Source of the DNA: Oligoflexia bacterium
GTDB taxonomy: Bacteria; Bdellovibrionota; UBA1018
NCBI GenBank assembly: GCA_043732485.1
Contig: JAYTHP010000007.1
Location: 1-20,200 of the forward strand
DNA: 20,200 nucleotides
Direction: 5' to 3'
The notes under the pieces are model-generated. The model did no database searches. It was not told where the DNA came from and was given only the letters and a program-made list of their open reading frames with translations. Made by a program: the position numbers and the translations under genes. Below, piece by piece: positions 14,231 to 20,200 of the stretch. Position 1 is the stretch's first letter; every line of letters begins with the position of its first letter.

Positions 14231-15607
14231 ATGAACCTGTGGGAAAGTTTCCCTTTTGAGGCCTTTTTTGCCTCGGGCGCGCTCTTTTTTGAAAGAAAAA
14301 ACCTGCACGAAACCATAACGCTGGGCTGGGGTCAAGCCTCTTGGGCGGAGCGGCCTCCTCAAGACCGCTTATGCTTTTACTTGCCCGATTTTTTTTTGAA
14401 TGCGCAGGCGCCTTGGGTGATCTTTCAATACTCGAAAGAGTGCGATCTGGTGGAGTGGCAATCGAGCTTGGCAGAGTGGATCAAGAGGACGCAACCGGAG
14501 CCGAGTCTAGAGGGGTTGAGTCCATGGATTCAGCCAGGATTTGAGCATTTTTCTGCTATTTTTGCGAGCTTGCAGCAGCAGTTGGCAAGCCAGCGCTTAA
14601 GAAAAGCGGTACTTGTTGCATTCCAGGTGATGCATGCGCCTTGGAATCAGATGCACCTTGCGCGAGCGTTAGAAAATCTGCTAATCTCTACCCAAGGTTT
14701 CCCTTTTTTTCTCTACGGCTACTGGAACCAGCAGCAAGGTTGGCTTGGGGCGACACCTGAGTTTTTATTCCTGAAATCTCACAAGCAGCCGCAGTCTGTT
14801 GCCACAAGCGATTGTGGGAGCGGCGGCGAGGGAAGGATAGAATTGATGGCCTTAGCAGGTACCATGGCGACGGCTCGCAATGCTGGCCTTCCAGCCGCTA
14901 CTTCGGAGTCCCCATCCCGCAAGCACCCGCTGTTACTCTTAGCGAAAGAGCAACTCGAGCACGCTGTCGTGGTCGAGGGCATTCAGGCTGCGGTGGGTCA
15001 AGCAATCCAGGCCGGCTTGATTGCAGACGGTCAGGTGGTGCAAGGCGAGCGCCAGGTACTCCATTTACCGACCATGAGTCACCTTTTCACGCCACTCTTT
15101 TTTGAGCCACTGCTTGATGCAGGTGATAGGTCCTCCAGCCCTACCGCAAAGTCTGAGGTCGTTGCGCACCAGGACTCGTCGCAGCAGTTTGAGGCGTGGG
15201 TCAAGGCCTTGCATCCTACCCCGGCGCTCGGGGCTTACCCGAAAGAAGCCGGGCTGCACTGGCTGCAAGTCCAAGACGCCCAGGCACCAGCGGATCAAAA
15301 AAGAGATCGCTTTGGCGCACCGTTTGGGGTGATCTGGCCCACAGTCCAGCTATCTAATATGACCCAAGCGCCGCCTACCGCATCGCCGTCGCAAGGTCAC
15401 TGGGCTTGTTTGGTGAGTATTCGCCAGCTTGCGTGGGAGCAAGGGCGGATAAGAATTGGCTCAGGGTGCGGCGTGATTGCAACCAGTGACTTACAAGCCG
15501 AGTGGGCCGAGCTTGCGTTGAAGCGGCGCGCAGTGGAGCAACTGATGAAGCTCAGTGGCTCTTTGCTCGAGTCGGCTAGTGATCTGGCAGTCGTGGGGGA
15601 AGCGTGA
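14231..15607 (+). CDS. menF: Isochorismate synthase (chorismate-binding MST family)
   Basis: GATPEFL, ALAGT, KEQLEHAVV, SHL.T, LHPTPALG.YP, SIR, GSGCGVI..S....EW.EL..K; first gene of the men operon. Confidence 0.9.
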   Translation: MNLWESFPFEAFFASGALFFERKNLHETITLGWGQASWAERPPQDRLCFYLPDFFLNAQAPWVIFQYSKECDLVEWQSSLAEWIKRTQPEPSLEGLSPWIQPGFEHFSAIFASLQQQLASQRLRKAVLVAFQVMHAPWNQMHLARALENLLISTQGFPFFLYGYWNQQQGWLGATPEFLFLKSHKQPQSVATSDCGSGGEGRIELMALAGTMATARNAGLPAATSESPSRKHPLLLLAKEQLEHAVVVEGIQAAVGQAIQAGLIADGQVVQGERQVLHLPTMSHLFTPLFFEPLLDAGDRSSSPTAKSEVVAHQDSSQQFEAWVKALHPTPALGAYPKEAGLHWLQVQDAQAPADQKRDRFGAPFGVIWPTVQLSNMTQAPPTASPSQGHWACLVSIRQLAWEQGRIRIGSGCGVIATSDLQAEWAELALKRRAVEQLMKLSGSLLESASDLAVVGEA

Positions 15608-17472
15608 GTCAGAGCGTGCCTGTCACGTTAAATACCCGGGCCACCGTAGAGCTGTTTGCTCAGCTGAAGCGCTGGGGGGTGCAGACCCTCTGCGTGTGCC
15701 CTGGTGCGCGTAACGCCCCGTGGGTAGGTTTTTTGGAGTGCGTGCCTGAAAGTTTTCAAGTCTTTTATTTCTTCGAAGAGCGATCGGCTGCTTTTTTTGC
15801 CTTAGGGAAAATGATGGCAGCCAACGAACGGGGCGGGCAACCGGTGGCCGTGCTGACCACCTCAGGCACAGCCGTTGCCGAACTGCTGCCTGCCGTTATG
15901 GAGGCTTTTTATAGCGGATTGCCGCTGGTGGTGGTGTCCGCGGATCGACCGAGGCGTTACCGAGGGCAAGGGGCGCCACAAGTGGCAGAGCAAGTAGGCT
16001 TGTTTTCTCATTATGTCGCAGCCACATATGATCTGGCCTTTGAAGAGCTAGTTTTTACGAGTTCGCAGCCTCTGGGTCCCTTGCCCGAAGCGCTGCCAGG
16101 CTTGCCGGTGCATTTGAATGTGTGTCTGGATGAGCCGTTGGGGGATAAGGGCCTAACGCCTAGTTACTGCCAAGCTGCTTGGGCTGAGGTGGGTTTCAGG
16201 CAACAACGAGAGCAGCCTGAAGCCTCTGGAACAAGGTCTTTAAGCGATCATCAGGCGTTAGCTGAGATGGACGCGTTTTTGGCACAAGCCACCTTCCCTT
16301 GGATCATCGTGGGAGGATTGCCGCCTGAAGCTCGAAGCGCCGTGGCTGATTTCCTCAAAAGCTGCGCGCTTCCTGTGTTTCTTGAGAGCACGTCGGGCTT
16401 GCGAGATGTTTTCTTGGCCGCAAGCGGTGAGCAAACTGAGACTGGCCCTGGCTCTGAGCTGCCTCCCGTGATGCTGCAAGGGGGAGAGACTTTTATGCAG
16501 TGGGCGGGTGCTTTAGGCTATCCGGTGGGGAGCGTGCTCAGGATTGGCGGGGTGCCGACCTTACGGTTTTGGCGGGATCTTGAAAGTGTAGCCTATGCGG
16601 GGCTCCCGGTGCTTTCCTTAAGCGCCCGGGGATTTTCAGGGTTAGCGAGGCCTTCCTTTGCGCCGCAACTCCTCTTGACAGCAACAACAACGGAGCTCCT
16701 CCCCGCTTGGCCCTCTTGGGCTCACACGCAAGAGCGGTTTTTTACTCTGCTCGCGCTTTTTCGCTCCAGGCTGCAAGTCCATCTCCAGGCGCAGGGGCTG
16801 CGGCAATGGGGGGAGCGTCGTGAGGGGCAGCAGGTGCTCAGTCGCTTGCGGGCCTTTGATCAGGAGTGGTGGTTAGGCCAGCAAGCGCTTTTAGCTCAAG
16901 AGCCTCAATCGGAGCCTGCGATGATGGCTAGCCTGGGGAGTAAGCTGCCTGATTCCGCACACCTTTTCCTAGGCAATAGCTTGGCCGTGCGTGAGTGGGA
17001 TGGGCTTTACCTGCGTAAACCTTTGGCGCAAGTGGCAGCCGTGCGCGGGCTCAATGGTATTGATGGGCAGGTGTCGACTTTTTTTGGTTTTGCGCCTGAT
17101 GGGACGGCGGAAGCTTGGGCTTTTTTAGGCGATCTCACGGTTTTGTACGATCTAGCGGCACCCTGGGTGCTTGCGAAAATGCAGCAGGTCTCGCTTCGCT
17201 TAGTAATTATCAACAACCAGGGCGGGCAGATCTTTTCGCGCTTGTTTCCTTATGCCTCAATGTTAAATCAGCATGACTTGCGCTTCCAGGACTGGGCAAA
17301 GTTCTGGCGGCTCGATTATTTGGCGCTGGAATCAGTCCCTCAGGGGCCCTTATCCCTGCCTGCAGGCCCCGTGATTATCGAGCTGCTACCTGAGGGAGCA
17401 GCAACTGAGCGCTTGGGGCAAAAAAAAGAGCAATTATTGCAGCAACTCTTGGCACAAAGGCGCATCCGGTGA
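15604..17472 (+). CDS. menD: SEPHCHC synthase (ThDP-dependent)
   Basis: CPGARNAP, EERSAAFFALG, TTSGTAVAELLPAVMEA, SADRP, GNSLAVR, RGLNGIDG, GDL..LYDL, INNQGGQIF; GTGA overlap with menF. Confidence 0.96.
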   Translation: MSQSVPVTLNTRATVELFAQLKRWGVQTLCVCPGARNAPWVGFLECVPESFQVFYFFEERSAAFFALGKMMAANERGGQPVAVLTTSGTAVAELLPAVMEAFYSGLPLVVVSADRPRRYRGQGAPQVAEQVGLFSHYVAATYDLAFEELVFTSSQPLGPLPEALPGLPVHLNVCLDEPLGDKGLTPSYCQAAWAEVGFRQQREQPEASGTRSLSDHQALAEMDAFLAQATFPWIIVGGLPPEARSAVADFLKSCALPVFLESTSGLRDVFLAASGEQTETGPGSELPPVMLQGGETFMQWAGALGYPVGSVLRIGGVPTLRFWRDLESVAYAGLPVLSLSARGFSGLARPSFAPQLLLTATTTELLPAWPSWAHTQERFFTLLALFRSRLQVHLQAQGLRQWGERREGQQVLSRLRAFDQEWWLGQQALLAQEPQSEPAMMASLGSKLPDSAHLFLGNSLAVREWDGLYLRKPLAQVAAVRGLNGIDGQVSTFFGFAPDGTAEAWAFLGDLTVLYDLAAPWVLAKMQQVSLRLVIINNQGGQIFSRLFPYASMLNQHDLRFQDWAKFWRLDYLALESVPQGPLSLPAGPVIIELLPEGAATERLGQKKEQLLQQLLAQRRIR

Positions 17473-18338
17473 GTAGTTTTGCTGGGGCGTTAGGGGGGGT
17501 GAAGGCCGCTGGCGCTGATGATGATGCTTCCCGTGTCACGCTTTACCGTTTGCCGGGTTTTTTGGGGTTAGCACAATTTTGGCCGGAGTTGAATCTGGAG
17601 TTGCGGGTGCCATTTTCGGGGCAAGCCCAGGCAAAAGTGGATTGTCAGGTGGTGGATCTAGATTACTTTCAAGCGCAATCGCGCTGGGATCTGAGTAGTC
17701 TCCAGGGTTTAGCTGAGCAGGTGAATCAAAAGGCGCTTGAAAATCTCAGCAAGGAGAACTTGCCGCGGAAGCACCCCCACTTCCGCGTGCTTCTGGGGTA
17801 TTCCTTTGGAGGGCGCGTGGCACTGCATGCTCTGGCTTCAGCGCCGCCACTGCTGTGGAGTGCGGCGATTTTGATCTCCGTTCACCCAGGGCTAGAGCAA
17901 GAGGAGGTGCGCGCCGCCAGGCTGCGTGACGATCAGCGGTGGGCCAAACAATTGCGCACGCTTCCGTGGGATCAGTTTCTAGGCGTTTGGGACCAGCAGG
18001 CCACTTTAGTAGACTCAGGAGTGCATGCTCCCGTCAGGCGGGAAGCCGATTTTTGCAAAGCGCGGCTTGCTGAGGCTTTAACGGCCTGTTCCTTGGGTTG
18101 CCAAGAGGATTTTAGGCCGTTTCTGGCGCAGGCTGGTAAGCCTCCGCTGCTGTGGCTGGTGGGAGAGCAGGATCTCAAGTTTAAAAAAATCTTAGAAAGT
18201 CTGCTGAAAGGGCATACAAATCTCCAGGGGTTTGCTATAAGTCAAGCCGGGCACCGCATTCCCTGGGAGCGCTCCGAGGAGTGGAAAAAAATAATTGCCC
18301 TATTTTTGGAGAAAATCATTCATGGATCCGCAACTTGA
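17469..18338 (+). CDS. menH: SHCHC synthase (alpha/beta hydrolase fold)
   Basis: GFLG, GYSFGGR nucleophile elbow, R..R...D..WA, GEQD.KF, AGH; located between menD and menB. Confidence 0.88.
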   Translation: MSSFAGALGGVKAAGADDDASRVTLYRLPGFLGLAQFWPELNLELRVPFSGQAQAKVDCQVVDLDYFQAQSRWDLSSLQGLAEQVNQKALENLSKENLPRKHPHFRVLLGYSFGGRVALHALASAPPLLWSAAILISVHPGLEQEEVRAARLRDDQRWAKQLRTLPWDQFLGVWDQQATLVDSGVHAPVRREADFCKARLAEALTACSLGCQEDFRPFLAQAGKPPLLWLVGEQDLKFKKILESLLKGHTNLQGFAISQAGHRIPWERSEEWKKIIALFLEKIIHGSAT

Positions 18339-19269
18339 TGCTGCTTCGTCTCTTGTGTCCCCGAGTGTGAGTGTTTCCGCGCAGGGGGCAGAAAGTCTCC
18401 TGGCTGCCGAGGGTAAGAGTGACGCTAAGACCGACACCAAGAAAAAGGAAATCCCGGAATGGAAGTCCGTGAAAGATTTCCAAGATATTCGACTCGAAGT
18501 GAGTGTTGAGGGCATTGCCAAAGTGGTGATCAATCGCCCGCACGTGCGTAACGCCTTTCGTCCGGAAACGGTTACCGAGCTGATGGCGGCCTTTGATTAT
18601 TGCCGCGACGCGCAAGGCGTGGGTGTGGTGATTTTAACCGGCGAAGGGCGCGATGCCTTTTGCTCCGGGGGGGATCAAAAAGTCCGCGGTCATGGCGGTT
18701 ATGTTGGGGGCGACGGAGTGGCAAGACTGAACGTGCTGGATTTACAGAAAAAAATTCGCTCGCTCCCTAAGCCCGTGGTGGCGATGGTCGCTGGCTATGC
18801 CATCGGTGGCGGGCATGTTTTGCAGGTGGTCTGCGATCTGACGATTGCCGCTGAGCATTCGCGCTTTGGTCAGACGGGCCCGAGGGTCGGCTCGTTTGAT
18901 GGGGGGCTAGGCAGCAGCTATCTGGCCAGGATTGTGGGTCAGAAGAAGGCCAGGGAGATTTGGTTTTTGTGTCGCCAGTACAGTGCGCAGCAAGCCTTAG
19001 AAATGGGTCTGGTGAATCACGTGGTGCCTTATGAGCAGTTAGAGGCGGTCACGGTGCAATGGTGTCTAGAGATGCTGGAGCATTCACCGCTTGCCTTGAG
19101 ATGTTTGAAGGCGTCGCTGAATGCCGATTGTGATGGTCAGATGGGGCTTTTGGATTTAGCGGGTAACGCAACACTATTGTATTATTTATCAGAAGAAGCC
19201 AAAGAGGGGCAAAAAGCCTTCTTAGAGAAAAGAAAACCCAATTTTAGCCAATTTCAGCGGTTGCCTTAG
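18322..19269 (+). CDS. menB: 1,4-dihydroxy-2-naphthoyl-CoA synthase
   Basis: [69 protein letters not shown]. Start ATG 18322 is approximate. Confidence 0.98.
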   Translation: MDPQLDAASSLVSPSVSVSAQGAESLLAAEGKSDAKTDTKKKEIPEWKSVKDFQDIRLEVSVEGIAKVVINRPHVRNAFRPETVTELMAAFDYCRDAQGVGVVILTGEGRDAFCSGGDQKVRGHGGYVGGDGVARLNVLDLQKKIRSLPKPVVAMVAGYAIGGGHVLQVVCDLTIAAEHSRFGQTGPRVGSFDGGLGSSYLARIVGQKKAREIWFLCRQYSAQQALEMGLVNHVVPYEQLEAVTVQWCLEMLEHSPLALRCLKASLNADCDGQMGLLDLAGNATLLYYLSEEAKEGQKAFLEKRKPNFSQFQRLP

Positions 19270-19295
19270 CGCGCAGAAACAGACAAACTGAAGAA

Positions 19296-20183
19296 GTGTT
19301 GCATGCTTTAAAAGCGCTTTTTTTGGCATCTCGTCCGAAAACATTAACGGCAGCTTGGGTTCCTTTAAGTGTGGGGTCAGCGCTTGCCGTGCACTCAGGT
19401 TTCGCTTTTCGCGGGGATTTGGTGGGTTGGGCGCTGTTTTGCAGCCTGGCGATTCAAATTGCCACTAACCTGATTAACGATGCTTTGGACTTTAAGAAGG
19501 GCGCTGACACGGCGCAGCGTTTGGGGCCAAGGCGCGCCACGCAAAGTGGTTGGCTGACGGAAAAGCAAGTCTGGGGTTTGGGGATCGGGTTTTTCGGCTT
19601 GGCGGTGCTGGGCAGTGGGCCGCTGATTCTAGCCGGGGGGTGGCCGATTGTCTTGATTGGGGCGGCCTCGCTTGCTGCAGGTTACGGCTACACCGGCGGA
19701 CCTTTCCCGATTGCTTACTTAGGCTTAGGTGAGCTGTTTGTCTTAATCTTCTTTGGCTTAGTCCCTGTGGCAGGTATTTTCTTTTTGCACTCCCATGTGT
19801 GGTCATCGGTCACCTGGCTGGGGGGGTTGCAGGTGGGGTTCTTGGCGACCGTTTTAATTGCCATTAACCACTGGCGGGATGCCAAAACCGATGTTTTAGT
19901 GGCAAAAAAAACCTTAGCCGTGCGTTTCGGGGAGCGTTTTGCGGTCAGCGAGATTCTTTTTTGCCTCTTGGCGCCTTTTTTGTTGCAAGCGGGTTGGTGG
20001 TGGCAGGATTCATGGGCGGCTTTTGGGTTGCCGTGGCTGAGTTTTCCTCTTGCCTTGTTTCTGATGTGGCAGATTTTTTATTTCCCAGACAGCCCGAGCA
20101 AGAATGAGTGGTTGGGGTTAGCAGCAGCGTTGCATTCTTTTTTTGGGATCCTCTTATCGATTGGGCTATGGTGGGGTTATTGA
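19296..20183 (+). CDS. menA: 1,4-dihydroxy-2-naphthoate polyprenyltransferase
   Basis: ASRPKTL, QIATNLINDALDFKKGAD, YTGGPFP.AY.GLGE, RD..TD....K.TLAVR.G; multiple transmembrane segments. Confidence 0.96.
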   Translation: MLHALKALFLASRPKTLTAAWVPLSVGSALAVHSGFAFRGDLVGWALFCSLAIQIATNLINDALDFKKGADTAQRLGPRRATQSGWLTEKQVWGLGIGFFGLAVLGSGPLILAGGWPIVLIGAASLAAGYGYTGGPFPIAYLGLGELFVLIFFGLVPVAGIFFLHSHVWSSVTWLGGLQVGFLATVLIAINHWRDAKTDVLVAKKTLAVRFGERFAVSEILFCLLAPFLLQAGWWWQDSWAAFGLPWLSFPLALFLMWQIFYFPDSPSKNEWLGLAAALHSFFGILLSIGLWWGY

Positions 20184-20193
20184 GGGGGTTATT

Positions 20194-20200
20194 ATGGTGA
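20194..20200 (+). CDS. Probable start of the next operon gene (truncated by window end)
   Basis: GAGGGGG Shine-Dalgarno-like sequence followed by ATG at 20194, 10 nt after the menA stop. Confidence 0.4.

Noticed and set aside
6664..19806. Numerous short ORFs nested in or antisense to the large genes, and the 5' extensions of the aroF (to 14316), menF (14195), glnS (8734) and 6337 ORFs
   Set aside because: These are shadow frames of well-supported genes. Three of the extensions begin at TTG codons; at 8734 and 14195 these coincide with predicted -35 boxes.
1..20200. CRISPR array, rRNA, or retron/toxin-antitoxin loci
   Set aside because: No regularly spaced direct repeats, rRNA-like sequence, reverse transcriptase or recognisable toxin genes were seen.

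Overview
Bacterial (diderm) chromosomal window in two parts. The left part (1-~6090) is an accessory, partly decayed region lying off the 3' end of a tRNA-Gln(CUG). It holds a broken IS630-family element, a frameshifted multi-YbjQ (UPF0145) pseudogene and ~1.1 kb of non-coding DNA with several inverted repeats. It also holds an intact, visibly AT-richer three-gene operon on the minus strand: a Tat-exported two-domain multicopper oxidase with a Met-rich insert, a porin-like beta-barrel protein and a Met-rich YtkA/FixH-like protein. The right part (6427-20200) is mostly core genes: a ~759-aa helical protein resembling the isolated central insert of DUF4011-type SF1 helicases, glnS, an exported eukaryote-like protein kinase with a WNK-like lysine arrangement, and a divergent menaquinone locus (aroF-menG on minus; menF-menD-menH-menB-menA on plus). 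Five first-in-unit genes have sigma70-like -35/-10 elements ending only 6-10 nt before the start codon, which suggests widespread leaderless translation. All calls come from motif recognition by eye; no searches were run.
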